Shown here: positions 28,237 to 37,118 of the stretch, one piece after another
Position numbering within the stretch: the first letter of the stretch is position 1
Layout of the letters: each line of letters starts with the position of its first letter
Source: a virus
Lineage: Duplodnaviria; Caudoviricetes
Reading direction: 5' to 3' (one strand)
Virus record (IMG/VR): IMGVR_UViG_3300005805_000219
Coordinates: 1 to 37,118 of that record
Length of the DNA stretch: 37,118 nt
Made by a program: the position numbers and the translations under genes
The notes under the pieces: generated by a model
Seen by the model: only the letters and a program-made list of their open reading frames with translations
Database searches by the model: none
What the model was told of the DNA's origin: nothing

Positions 28237-29285
28237 TAGTCTAACCAAACTTGATAACAAGCAGTGACACGACCTCGTTCGGGATCAATGAAGTGGAGTC
28301 TTTGAGAAGGAACACCTGAGGCGGCCATAGAGTCGCGCGCGTACCTATTATCGGACTCTGTTGAACCGGTCCAATATACTGATCCAAGACCATCTGATAA
28401 CGGTTCTTGTGCATGACGATGGTAATGACCCAAGTATATGTCTTGAAAGTTCCAGTCGTAAGCTCCAGCTTTCCATCTGTTTCCTGCTGCTTGCCATCCG
28501 GCCGGAGAAGCAAAACCAGATCTACCAACTTCATCGCCATGCATAAGAAGAGCTCGATAGTTGCCGATCTCAATGCGCTGAATATCTTCAACACCATGGC
28601 GTGGATCCCATGTCAGTCTTTTAGCAGTCGCTTCTTCAGAACATAATAACTGACGAGCCAACTCATAACACATACGGTCAAAATTATCAGACTTCGGTAC
28701 GTCCGCTCTTTTGTTTCCGATTCGGCCATGATTTCCCCATTCTGCAATAACAGTCACATGGTTGTAAACTGCCAATGCTTGTCGTACAACATCTACAATT
28801 AAACGACTAACTGTTATGTATTGGTCATATAAACTAAGATCTATTTCCCACAATTGAGCAGGATAGTTAAAAAGACCTTCAACCATATCTCCACCAAAGC
28901 AGATTACAACATCATTGACTGGATGGTCTTGTCTTTGTATTTCAGTAATTTTTGTTGCTTTGATTGTAAAGTCCATAACTCTAGTTCTCATGATTTCTGA
29001 GTTATAACTAGGAGTTACTTTTGCTCCTTGCCAATCGGTAAGATGCCATAAAGCAACTTCTGCTCTTTTGCGGCGTTTATCTACCTTTGGACCTTCTATC
29101 GGCTTCATTGGTCCTAAAGCCAAAGTTGCATCTTTGCATGCTTGGATTGTGGCTTCTACTAATTCTTCTGTCCGCTGTTTTGCTTTGGATAATTCTTTTT
29201 GAGTTCTAACAAGTGTCTGACGCAATTCTGCAACTGATTCATCTACTTCAATTTGTAGTTTTTTTGCGTCATCGGACAGAGTCAT
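28236..29285 (-). CDS. Calcineurin-like metallophosphoesterase
   Basis: TDWQ, GGDMVEG, GNHGR, HGD, GHYH motifs. Confidence 0.85.
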   Translation of the reverse strand: MTLSDDAKKLQIEVDESVAELRQTLVRTQKELSKAKQRTEELVEATIQACKDATLALGPMKPIEGPKVDKRRKRAEVALWHLTDWQGAKVTPSYNSEIMRTRVMDFTIKATKITEIQRQDHPVNDVVICFGGDMVEGLFNYPAQLWEIDLSLYDQYITVSRLIVDVVRQALAVYNHVTVIAEWGNHGRIGNKRADVPKSDNFDRMCYELARQLLCSEEATAKRLTWDPRHGVEDIQRIEIGNYRALLMHGDEVGRSGFASPAGWQAAGNRWKAGAYDWNFQDIYLGHYHRHAQEPLSDGLGSVYWTGSTESDNRYARDSMAASGVPSQRLHFIDPERGRVTACYQVWLD

Positions 29286-29533
29286 AAATTCCTAAAGCAC
29301 GGGCATTGTTTTTTTCTATGGACAGTGACTGCAGTATTTCCTAATTGGAAATTATGTGATCTTAAAAGATTCACTATTTGGACAATAGTAACTTTTGATT
29401 CAATCAATTTTTCTAAAGCTTCTGCATCAGATGGAAGTAATTCTGATTTAATTTTTCCAACAACACATAATTGTTTACCGTGATTGTTCAAAAGATCTTG
29501 TATAGCTTTTGATAAGTCCCCCGCACTTGTCAT
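29282..29533 (-). CDS. Hypothetical small DNA/Zn-binding protein
   Basis: C...HRKKQCPC, upstream of the phosphoesterase. Confidence 0.6.
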   Translation of the reverse strand: MTSAGDLSKAIQDLLNNHGKQLCVVGKIKSELLPSDAEALEKLIESKVTIVQIVNLLRSHNFQLGNTAVTVHRKKQCPCFRNL

Positions 29534-29716
29534 TTACTTAGATCTACCAAATTCAGGAGCTGATGAATCAAGCCACTTAAGTACTGGACCTAGAAAACCA
29601 GCTAATGCTGCAGTTCCGAGGACTTTTAGATCAGTTTCTCCTGCTAAGTACAATGCAATTGCCGCTGCGGCAGCTGCACGAAACCAAGTAAGAGCAACTT
29701 GCTTTAGTGTTTCCAT
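29534..29716 (-). CDS. Holin-like membrane protein
   Basis: Two hydrophobic segments and a PVLKWLD...FG C-terminus. Follows the endolysin. Confidence 0.7.
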   Translation of the reverse strand: METLKQVALTWFRAAAAAAIALYLAGETDLKVLGTAALAGFLGPVLKWLDSSAPEFGRSK

Positions 29717-30231
29717 TATTTTTCCTTTCCTTGCTTTCCGTGGACAGGACAGCAAGTACATGTGTCAGGATTATTATAAGCTTGTTTTTTAGGAATTGTT
29801 TCAATTTTAGCTAGTATTTGATTAGTAATTTTAGGTTGATTCATCCACCAGAACCACGGACTAGTGTCTTGAGCTTTGTCGTTATAAATATTTATGTGTA
29901 AATGCTTTGTATGTGGATTGCTGCCAGTATAGGCACGATTACCTTGTTTTGCCTTAGCTTTAGACCAAATCTTTTTATCAAAAATTAAATACTCAACTCG
30001 TTCATCTTCTTTAAGTTTTTCAAAAATAACAGCACAATCAATACCATTTGCAGGGTCATGGGTCAAGTCCACTGCAAGTCCACTGTTATGGTCAGAATTC
30101 GGACTAGCTTTTTGATGTGCTAAAGAAGGCAACAAACCATCTGATAATTTTTTTCGCTTTGGATATAACGCTGTTGCTTGACGGAGAACGGCAATAGCAG
30201 CAGGTGAAGCTACTTTAACTAGCGGCTTCAT
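29716..30231 (-). CDS. Endolysin (Zn peptidase, M15/Hedgehog-like fold)
   Basis: SDHNSGLAVDL and NPHTKHLHI metal-binding motifs, between membrane proteins after the tail genes. Confidence 0.7.
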   Translation of the reverse strand: MKPLVKVASPAAIAVLRQATALYPKRKKLSDGLLPSLAHQKASPNSDHNSGLAVDLTHDPANGIDCAVIFEKLKEDERVEYLIFDKKIWSKAKAKQGNRAYTGSNPHTKHLHINIYNDKAQDTSPWFWWMNQPKITNQILAKIETIPKKQAYNNPDTCTCCPVHGKQGKEK

Positions 30232-30434
30232 TTGTTTCCTTTTTTATTAGTTAACATTTGGATCACTAATTCCATTTGTGTTTCTAATCTAGTCACAGAG
30301 TCTTTTAGACTAGATCCACCATTTGGTTTTAATTCATTTAGGAAATGTTTTACAAGCCATCTTACGGCCATGACAAACGAACCTAGTATTGATATGACCG
30401 CAAGTATTAGTGCAGCCCAGTCATTCACGGTCAT
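30228..30434 (-). CDS. Membrane protein of lysis cassette
   Basis: N-terminal TM helix followed by ELKPNGGSSLKD. Confidence 0.7.
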   Translation of the reverse strand: MTVNDWAALILAVISILGSFVMAVRWLVKHFLNELKPNGGSSLKDSVTRLETQMELVIQMLTNKKGNK

Positions 30435-30567
30435 TCTTCTCCTTGAGTGCTTTTTCGAGGTCCCCCACTCTAGCCGTCAACATTGCTTTGTCTAGAGCTA
30501 GCAGACCGATCTGCTCTCTTAGTACAGCAATAACAACATTGATGTCTAGTTCTGTTTTGTCGTCCAT
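30421..30567 (-). CDS. Small coiled-coil protein, 48 aa (not in ORF track)
   Basis: MDDKTELDINVVIAVLREQIG... GGGGGA RBS. Confidence 0.65.
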   Translation of the reverse strand: MDDKTELDINVVIAVLREQIGLLALDKAMLTARVGDLEKALKEKNDRE

Positions 30568-30568
30568 T

Positions 30569-30721
30569 TTATCCCCCTTGTTTTGTTAATTTAACTAATA
30601 TAATATTTAAGTCAGGATGAAGTGGTTGCGCTTTTATTTTAGCTTCATCTTTATCCATTGCTGTAATAGGTTCTAATATAAGAATACCATCATTATTAAA
30701 TCCAACTGAGTAACTATTCAT
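30569..30721 (-). CDS. Small hypothetical protein, 50 aa (not in ORF track)
   Basis: MNSYSVGFNNDG...KLTKQGG. Fills the gap, and its start overlaps the tail fibre stop. Confidence 0.55.
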   Translation of the reverse strand: MNSYSVGFNNDGILILEPITAMDKDEAKIKAQPLHPDLNIILVKLTKQGG

Positions 30722-32303
30722 TGCTACCCTCAAGTATTTCTACTCGTGCATAAAGATCTTGTATCAAGGCAAGTAAACCTGGAACTACATAACGGTCATT
30801 CCATGATTCAATAACACCTTCAACCTGATCGGCTGCAATTGAATATATATTTGCTACTTCTTCAGCAATAAAACCAGGTAGTAATGAACCAGATCTATCA
30901 TCTGCTGAATCTAAATAATCTGCTTTATACTTAAAAGCGCGTACAGGTAAAGCAAGTAGTTTTTGTGGATCTAAATCTGCAACTGTCCGAATATCAACAA
31001 TATCTTCTTTGTAACGCTGACTTGATGCTGTGCTTCGACGTGTTAAACCTGTTGAGGCCGACATCCAAGTATTTGCAGCGTTGGTGGTTGTGGTGGTGTC
31101 TTGGTTGTAGAAGTTGTCGGGTGAGTACAAATCGCCTTTTGCGATTACACCGAGGCTGTTGACTTCTAAATACCTAGTTGACGCCTGTGCGAGTATGGCA
31201 GACCCCGATGACACAAAACAAAGTGGGTAGGTGGTAGCGTTTGCGTTGAAAGTAGTGCCGTAGTGCATGAGCACGCCAGATGTTGAAGCAGGGCCAACCC
31301 AACCAACTACGTTGCTGGCTTCTGTGAATGAGATTGCGTTGTTAGCTGCTGAAACTGTCACACGGCGAGAGCCTGATGAAGTGCGAAGTGTAAAAGCGGT
31401 AAGAGTACCAGCGGTTAAGCGGTCAACAGTAATTGAGTTTGCTTTTATTTCTGCTCCAGTAATTGTTTCAAATGCAATTTCATCAGCGGTTAAAGTAAAA
31501 AGAACCATTTTGTCAGCCGTAATAGTACGAGTTGATATTTTATCAGCTGTAATAGTTCCTGCAGCAATTTGTGTTGCTGTAATAGTGCTAGTAGCAATTT
31601 GACTTGCAGTAATCGTTCCTGCAGCAATTTTACTTGCAGTAATCGTTTCTGCGGCGATTTGTGCTGCTGTAATTGAACCTGCAACAAGAACTGTGGCGTC
31701 TAAGGATGCTGCTTGTATGCGACCTGCTGCTAGAAAACCAGTTGTAATCTTTCCAGCGTCAAGGTTTCCAATAGCAAGGTTGCCAAAACCATAAGCTTCC
31801 CAAGCACTACCATTCCAGCGATTCGGTTTATTATCTTCTGAAGTGTTAAACCATAAATCACCAACAACAAATGTACCAGTTGGAGCTGTGGCCTGTCTGT
31901 AGATTTTATTTTTACCATCTGCAGTTGTTTGCGCTGCCGTTGCCGCTGCTGCCGCTGCTGCCGCTGCGGTTACCGCCGCTGCCGCTCCAGCTTCTGCTGC
32001 TGCAATTCCAAGATCTTGCACAGAAACCCAAGCAGTACCAGTCCAATAGTATTGCTTGTTTCCATCGTCTGTATCAAACCAAACATCGCCCTCTGTTAAA
32101 GGAAAAACAGATCCATCTGGAGCAGTTGCTTGTCGATAAATGTGATTCTTGCCGTTAACAGATACTTCAATGGTGTCAATTTCAACTTGAAGTTCATCTA
32201 TCTCTTCTGTTGTTGCGGCAACGATAGGAATGATAGATGTTGTAGTCATACCTGTTGAAGTAACTGTAATCGGTGTAATCACGATTTGCGGACACAGTGG
32301 CAT
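30714..32303 (-). CDS. Tail fibre/spike with C-terminal S74-type intramolecular chaperone
   Basis: Duplicated KN.IYRQATAP..GD.WF.T module, 10-aa ITASKIAAGT repeats, SSQRYKEDI autocleavage motif, GFIAEEV. Confidence 0.8.
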   Translation of the reverse strand: MPLCPQIVITPITVTSTGMTTTSIIPIVAATTEEIDELQVEIDTIEVSVNGKNHIYRQATAPDGSVFPLTEGDVWFDTDDGNKQYYWTGTAWVSVQDLGIAAAEAGAAAAVTAAAAAAAAATAAQTTADGKNKIYRQATAPTGTFVVGDLWFNTSEDNKPNRWNGSAWEAYGFGNLAIGNLDAGKITTGFLAAGRIQAASLDATVLVAGSITAAQIAAETITASKIAAGTITASQIATSTITATQIAAGTITADKISTRTITADKMVLFTLTADEIAFETITGAEIKANSITVDRLTAGTLTAFTLRTSSGSRRVTVSAANNAISFTEASNVVGWVGPASTSGVLMHYGTTFNANATTYPLCFVSSGSAILAQASTRYLEVNSLGVIAKGDLYSPDNFYNQDTTTTTNAANTWMSASTGLTRRSTASSQRYKEDIVDIRTVADLDPQKLLALPVRAFKYKADYLDSADDRSGSLLPGFIAEEVANIYSIAADQVEGVIESWNDRYVVPGLLALIQDLYARVEILEGSNE

Positions 32304-32311
32304 TACTCCCC

Positions 32312-33400
32312 CTAAATTGTAATCGTGTAAGGGTCAACTACGGATGTAAAATAACTAACTCTCCAATTATCTGCAGTTATAGAATGAGCTAATCCTTCTA
32401 CTACACAGTTAATTGTAATATTTCGTCCATCATAAGTTAAACGCTTTACTTGGACAAGATCGTTGAGTTCTGTTTCTAACATATCGGTTGCAAGTGCGCC
32501 AATACCGATTGCTGTAAAGTCAATTTGTTCTGCTAGTACAACAGCATCAGCATCTTTTCTAGCAGCATATAAAGCAAGATTTGCTGCACTAGTTTCATTT
32601 AGGATAGGTGCATCTAGTTTTTTAGACTTAAGTCCATATGTGGCAACACTAGATGTAAACTTTGCTGTCTTCTGAGCTTTCTTTGGACCTCTAAATACTA
32701 TTGCTTCATTGTAAACATAATCAGTTCCAGGATTAGTAATAATGCCGTCATAGCCAACACTGTTTGCATCGCCTTGGTCACTAAATAGTAATCTAGTTGG
32801 TCTAGTAAACTTGTCAGATATAGGAACAAGAGTTGCAACTCCTGATCGGCTTACATAGAATCGTCCACCAACACAGTTTGCACATTGCTCTAGCATTTCA
32901 AGACAACTCATATTTTGTTTTGTCTTTTGCATAACTGTTGTTCCCGTAAGACTACGTCCACCAGTCCATTCGGCAAGATCAAGTGCTCTAGTTGCTCTAG
33001 CTGAAGCTGATTCTGAAAAGTCACTTACAGCTAATGCTGGCGCTATTGCTTTGGCAATTTGTGCAAGGCCATCAACAAATGTCAATGAAACTGTTGGATA
33101 AATACCTTGATTAACTTCGTTATTTTCTAAAAAGCCTGTATAAATAGTTATACCATTGCCTTGGATTCTTACTTGCATTCCTGCAATCAAAATTCCATAC
33201 CATGGACTTGATGTGTTACTTGGATCAAAAGCACCTGACTGATTATTTAGTACGACATCAGCAGTTCCAGCTTCTAAAAAGTCATTTTGATATTGACGGC
33301 CTCTGCGAATATCAACCGACAACAAAAGATCAGCACTGACTGCGGTAAAAGCTCCTCCGTTACTAAATGAAACGGTAAGTGTAGGTGCATTTGCTGGCAT
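32312..33400 (-). CDS. Minor tail (distal tail/hub) protein
   Basis: Directly after the tape measure gene. IRRGR...AGTA.VVLNNQSGAFDP motif. Confidence 0.75.
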   Translation of the reverse strand: MPANAPTLTVSFSNGGAFTAVSADLLLSVDIRRGRQYQNDFLEAGTADVVLNNQSGAFDPSNTSSPWYGILIAGMQVRIQGNGITIYTGFLENNEVNQGIYPTVSLTFVDGLAQIAKAIAPALAVSDFSESASARATRALDLAEWTGGRSLTGTTVMQKTKQNMSCLEMLEQCANCVGGRFYVSRSGVATLVPISDKFTRPTRLLFSDQGDANSVGYDGIITNPGTDYVYNEAIVFRGPKKAQKTAKFTSSVATYGLKSKKLDAPILNETSAANLALYAARKDADAVVLAEQIDFTAIGIGALATDMLETELNDLVQVKRLTYDGRNITINCVVEGLAHSITADNWRVSYFTSVVDPYTITI

Positions 33401-34965
33401 TAGAGCACCGCAAACTGACTGCCACCACGTCGGCGCATAAGAGTTGCAAGACCGTTCTTAATACCATTTACAAGATCACCTTGTGAAACAACAGAACCAG
33501 CAACATTAACCGTAATGTTACCACCATTCATTGTTGTATTTCTAGCGATGTTTCCATGTCCAGCAGAAGCTAGCAATGAGATAGTAGGACTTGAAAGACC
33601 TAGTTGACGTTGTTTTACAAGATTTTTTCTTACAGCTTCCAATGTTATTGGATCAGTTGAATCTATCTTTTTAATACCAAATTGATCTCTCAATTTTGCT
33701 AATAACTTAGTATTATCTATAGCCTTTTTAGTTGAGTCATTTTGTTTATTCTGAGCACTAGTAATTTTATCTAGTCCATTAGTATAATCACTAGCATCTA
33801 GTTTTAACCCTTTTAGATCTGCTCCAAACTTGCCAAGTGAATCTGCAGCTTTATCAGAATCTTTATTAAACTTATTTGCCGCCACTGCGATTCCACCTAG
33901 AGCAACAGCAAATGCAGCAGCTCCAGCAGCGGCTGAAACACCACCAGTTGCTAATGCTGTTGCGGCAGCAGATGCAAGTGAAACAGTACGCAATGCTTTC
34001 ATAACTTTGATAATCGCTTGAATTCCTGAAACTAATGCAGTGACTGCAGCTGCAACTTTAGCTCCAAAGAATGCAGCAACTATTGTTGCACCTAATACTG
34101 CAAATACCTTTGAATTACGGGCAACAAAAGAAAATAAATCATATACTAGCTTAAAGAATGCCACGCCATAACTTATTGCAGTCTTAAATGCTCCTGCTAG
34201 TTTAGCACCATTTTCTTCGATCCATTTAGAAAGTGCTGGCAAAATCTTTTCTTGTATAATGCTTACATACTTCTGTAAAAATGGTATAAGTGCATAACCA
34301 ATTTGATCTAATAATTGGTTAAATCCTAATTGTAATTTTTTGAGTTGAAACTCAAATGTCTTAGATCTTTCTGTTGCTTGTCCACCAAATGTATCAGCAA
34401 GACTATTAAGTACAGTTTGTAGATCTCCAGATTTTACGGCGGCTTTGTCTAAAGGAACACCTAGTCTTGTTAAGGCTGAAATATTTCCACCGACCGCTTT
34501 TGCTAAAGCAATAGATACGGTTGCTAGATCTTTTCCACTGCCAGCCGAGACATCTAGAGCAAGACGTTGCAAAGTTTGTGCTTGTGTTAAATCTCTAGTT
34601 GCTTGTACTAATACTTGAAGGCTAGGTATTAACTCATTATTATCTACTCCAACTTGTAATTCAAGTGTATCTAGATAATCTTGATTAGCGGCAATTGCTT
34701 CTCTTGTTGCATTGGTTGTATTAGTTAAAGCAAGCGCTAAAGCAGCTTGTTGTTTCTGATCTTCCATTGCACCTTGGACAGCATCTTTGCCAAGTTTTAC
34801 AGCAAATGCTCCCGCTGCAAGAGTGGCTAATCCAAAAGCTTTTGCTGCTTTATTTGCAAAATCGCCAAATCTTTTTTCCATCTTACTAATGTCTTTGATA
34901 GCGGCTTTAGTGCCTTTATCAGAGTATTGGGTAAGGATCCGGGCGACTACTGCACCTACTGCCAT
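33400..34965 (-). CDS. Tape measure protein
   Basis: 521 aa, Ala-rich and helical with hydrophobic segments. Position in the tail module fits. Confidence 0.85.
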   Translation of the reverse strand: MAVGAVVARILTQYSDKGTKAAIKDISKMEKRFGDFANKAAKAFGLATLAAGAFAVKLGKDAVQGAMEDQKQQAALALALTNTTNATREAIAANQDYLDTLELQVGVDNNELIPSLQVLVQATRDLTQAQTLQRLALDVSAGSGKDLATVSIALAKAVGGNISALTRLGVPLDKAAVKSGDLQTVLNSLADTFGGQATERSKTFEFQLKKLQLGFNQLLDQIGYALIPFLQKYVSIIQEKILPALSKWIEENGAKLAGAFKTAISYGVAFFKLVYDLFSFVARNSKVFAVLGATIVAAFFGAKVAAAVTALVSGIQAIIKVMKALRTVSLASAAATALATGGVSAAAGAAAFAVALGGIAVAANKFNKDSDKAADSLGKFGADLKGLKLDASDYTNGLDKITSAQNKQNDSTKKAIDNTKLLAKLRDQFGIKKIDSTDPITLEAVRKNLVKQRQLGLSSPTISLLASAGHGNIARNTTMNGGNITVNVAGSVVSQGDLVNGIKNGLATLMRRRGGSQFAVL

Positions 34966-34966
34966 T

Positions 34967-35524
34967 TTAGTCTGCCTTTCCCGCTACATTAAGATGATTT
35001 TGTAATTCACGTTTTGCGTCTTCTAAAGCTTTTTCTACTACTTTCTCAATACGTGGTCGTTCTTTATCTACAACTTTCCAGACAAGACGAGAAGCCTTAC
35101 CAAACCAGTTAAGTCTTTCAATAAATGATCCACTCTTTTTATTACGTCCTGAAAGTTCAAATACTTTACCAGCATCAGAAGTGTTTAACAAAGCTCCGGC
35201 ACTAGTAGTATAATCACCACGAGTTCTTCTTTGGCTTTTGCTTTTTTTAATACCTTCTTTTATTGTTGAACGATCCCATGCAGGCCAACCAGCTCCGCCC
35301 CATGTACGTCCATTTATTGCTTGAGTAGATCTCCAATTACGCATTGGTGTGTCCGTAGTTCTACTTTGAATACTATCAACTAAACGGTGAGCAGCATTTT
35401 CAGCATTATTTAATTCAGTATTGACTATTTTATTGAACTTTGTTACAGCTTTTTTATCAAACTGTTTTAGAGCTCTGAGAGTAGGTTCAATACCTGTTAA
35501 AATAATTGCTTGTTCTTCTGCCAT
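34967..35524 (-). CDS. Basic neck/tail completion protein (HK97 gp10-like, putative)
   Basis: LTGIEPTLRALKQFD N-terminus and basic composition, between the chaperone and tape measure genes. Confidence 0.5.
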   Translation of the reverse strand: MAEEQAIILTGIEPTLRALKQFDKKAVTKFNKIVNTELNNAENAAHRLVDSIQSRTTDTPMRNWRSTQAINGRTWGGAGWPAWDRSTIKEGIKKSKSQRRTRGDYTTSAGALLNTSDAGKVFELSGRNKKSGSFIERLNWFGKASRLVWKVVDKERPRIEKVVEKALEDAKRELQNHLNVAGKAD

Positions 35525-35925
35525 TTAACTACCTTTTGCCCGTTCTTTGAGATAGGCTAGAATAGCTTCTAAAATACCATCAGGAGCATCTAGCAAATCT
35601 ATTGGTGAAATGCCTGTCTCCACCGCAATTGCTGCAACGTTATACGTTAAGCTTTCACGGTGGATTCGGAATTTGGGTCTGAGTCCAACTCTGCGCTGAT
35701 AATTGTATCTAGGAATTCTGGACCAAATGGTTTTACAACAATTCCACCAACTTGCATAGATTTCCAAGCAAGCCAATAAATATGTTCAATTCGTTGTTCT
35801 TCACCAATCAATTTTGGTAAACCTTTACCAAATTGTTGTTCAAATGCAACGATGACTCTAGGCGTCAACTTATATGACGCTTCAAGTCCATCTGTTGTTT
35901 TTACTTTTATTGCTAAGCCATCCAT
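35525..35925 (-). CDS. Tail assembly chaperone (G: 35647-35925; GT via -1 frameshift to 35525)
   Basis: Slippery C CCA AAT (35677-35671) near the end of the 92-aa ORF. The -1 frame continues KFRIHRESLTYNVAAIAVETGISPIDLL. Confidence 0.8.
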
Positions 35926-35943
35926 GATTTCCCCCTTGTTAGA

Positions 35944-36333
35944 TTAGGACTTAGTGATTGTACCACTAATTGGCCAGGTTACTGATGCAGTTGCAAGTTC
36001 ACCAACGGCACCATTTAATGGTGTCCATTCTGAAACTAATGCGCTAAAACTATATGCAGGTGACGATCCAGCAACTGGACGAACTGTTATTGAAACTGCT
36101 GTTCCAAGTGTTGGATATACAGTTGCTTCTAAAGCTCCTCCTGCGTAATCTTGATTAAACTCAAAAGTTACACTATTATCTGCAAGACCAGCAACGCGAG
36201 TACGGGCGGTATTACCAAAAGCTGTAGTTTCTACAACATCGTATGTAGATCCTAAAGTCACAGAAGTAACATAAGATGAAATATCAGTTGCTCCAAAAGT
36301 AACAGCAACATTAGTTAAAACGATACGTGCCAT
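35944..36333 (-). CDS. Tail tube protein, paralog 2
   Basis: ETTAFG.TARTRVAGL, SEWTPLNGAVGELATASVTWPISG. Confidence 0.8.
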   Translation of the reverse strand: MARIVLTNVAVTFGATDISSYVTSVTLGSTYDVVETTAFGNTARTRVAGLADNSVTFEFNQDYAGGALEATVYPTLGTAVSITVRPVAGSSPAYSFSALVSEWTPLNGAVGELATASVTWPISGTITKS

Positions 36334-36740
36334 TATGAAACCGCCTTTGTTACTTCACCGCTGATTGGCCAAGTTACTGATGCAGTTGCAAGTTCTCCAA
36401 CAGCTCCGTTCAAAGGAGTCCATTCTGAAACTAAAGCTGTAAATGAGTAAGAAGGATTATCGGCTGCTGTTGTTGATCCATTTGGCTTTACTACAACTGC
36501 TGTTGTGTTACCAAGTAGTGGATAAATTGTTGCTTCGACGTTAGCTGCTGCATAGTCCTGGTGGAACTCAAGAGCAACCGAGTTATCTCCAAGTCCAGCA
36601 ACGCGCGTGCGTGCAGTTGATCCAAATGCAGTTGTTTCAATAACATCATCATTAGTTGTTAAAGTAACACTAGCAATGTGGTCAGAAAGATTAACTGAAT
36701 TGATTGTTATGTATGCGTTGGTAAGAACTAAACGGGCCAT
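36333..36740 (-). CDS. Tail tube protein, paralog 1
   Basis: Same motifs as the adjacent paralog. Follows the tail terminator module. Confidence 0.8.
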   Translation of the reverse strand: MARLVLTNAYITINSVNLSDHIASVTLTTNDDVIETTAFGSTARTRVAGLGDNSVALEFHQDYAAANVEATIYPLLGNTTAVVVKPNGSTTAADNPSYSFTALVSEWTPLNGAVGELATASVTWPISGEVTKAVS

Positions 36741-36916
36741 TATTCGTCCGCTCCTTTTTCTATTGCTGGTTTGGTTGGGACATTACCTGATAAATGGTCA
36801 CCCTTAATTAGTGCTTCAGGGTTGCAACCGGCATCAAGTAATTCTTTTTCGGTGATCTGGTCACCTTTTTTCTTGTTTCCGAATACAAAGTTATCGGACT
36901 TTATTGTATATGACAT
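36740..36916 (-). CDS. Small hypothetical protein (allele of 295-471)
   Basis: Same ORF with a few substitutions. Confidence 0.75.
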   Translation of the reverse strand: MSYTIKSDNFVFGNKKKGDQITEKELLDAGCNPEALIKGDHLSGNVPTKPAIEKGADE

Positions 36917-37118
36917 TATGCTCCTTCTCCGTATATCGTTACTTGATATCGGTATGATAGATATTCAACGTCAGCAGCTTGATAAACTCCTGATTGAGCT
37001 GAAGTAACTCTAAGTGTATCAACTTCTCCACCAAGAGTACGATCTGATTCAATTGCTGCTTTTATTGAATAATCTCCTGAACCAGAAAGATATTTGTCAA
37101 GTTTGTCTTGTCCAGTGC
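36916..37118 (-). CDS. 3' part of tail terminator gene (allele of 471-878, cut by window edge)
   Basis: Matches 471-673. Confidence 0.8.
   Translation of the reverse strand, partial: TGQDKLDKYLSGSGDYSIKAAIESDRTLGGEVDTLRVTSAQSGVYQAADVEYLSYRYQVTIYGEGA

Larger units (their letters stand above)
36519..37118. repeat. Terminal redundancy copy B
   Basis: Diverged duplicate of 74-673. Confidence 0.95.

Noticed and set aside
31930-32003. GCCGCT/GCT low-complexity repeat
   Set aside because: Encodes a poly-Ala linker in the tail fibre.
30714-32303. Possible diversity-generating retroelement target
   Set aside because: No reverse transcriptase and no template/variable repeat pair with adenine-specific differences was seen.

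Overview
This window is an essentially complete, roughly 36.4 kb genome of a small siphovirus of about 40% GC. It is probably an actinobacteriophage, judging by WhiB, an Rpf-like transglycosylase and an actinobacterial-type SSB. Bases ~74-673 recur, diverged, at ~36519-37118 (offset 36445), so the contig wraps the circle. Nearly all genes are on the minus strand: HK97-type head genes, tail, lysis, a small replication/recombination set and a nucleotide-modification cluster. A two-gene plus-strand unit (26063-27320) diverges from a control region at ~25.7-26.05 kb. I recognised no integrase, repressor, DNA polymerase, primase or helicase. Main highlights: (1) A 7-gene base-modification cluster (16800-21813) whose thymidylate-synthase homolog carries the dCMP-specifying Asp. 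It sits with a gp56-like dCTPase/dUTPase, a dNMP kinase, a dCMP deaminase, an aGPT-Pplase-like protein, a PLP enzyme and an SGNH-fold protein, suggesting an undescribed cytosine hypermodification pathway. (2) A canonical type II hammerhead ribozyme at 26270-26324. (3) A repeated AACCGCCAGG motif at gene starts, also displayed in a hairpin loop. (4) Strong AGATCT over-representation. (5) A glycosyltransferase plus Thr-rich collagen proteins inserted between terminase and portal. (6) Tandem tail-tube paralogs. Family assignments come from reading motifs by eye, not from database searches.
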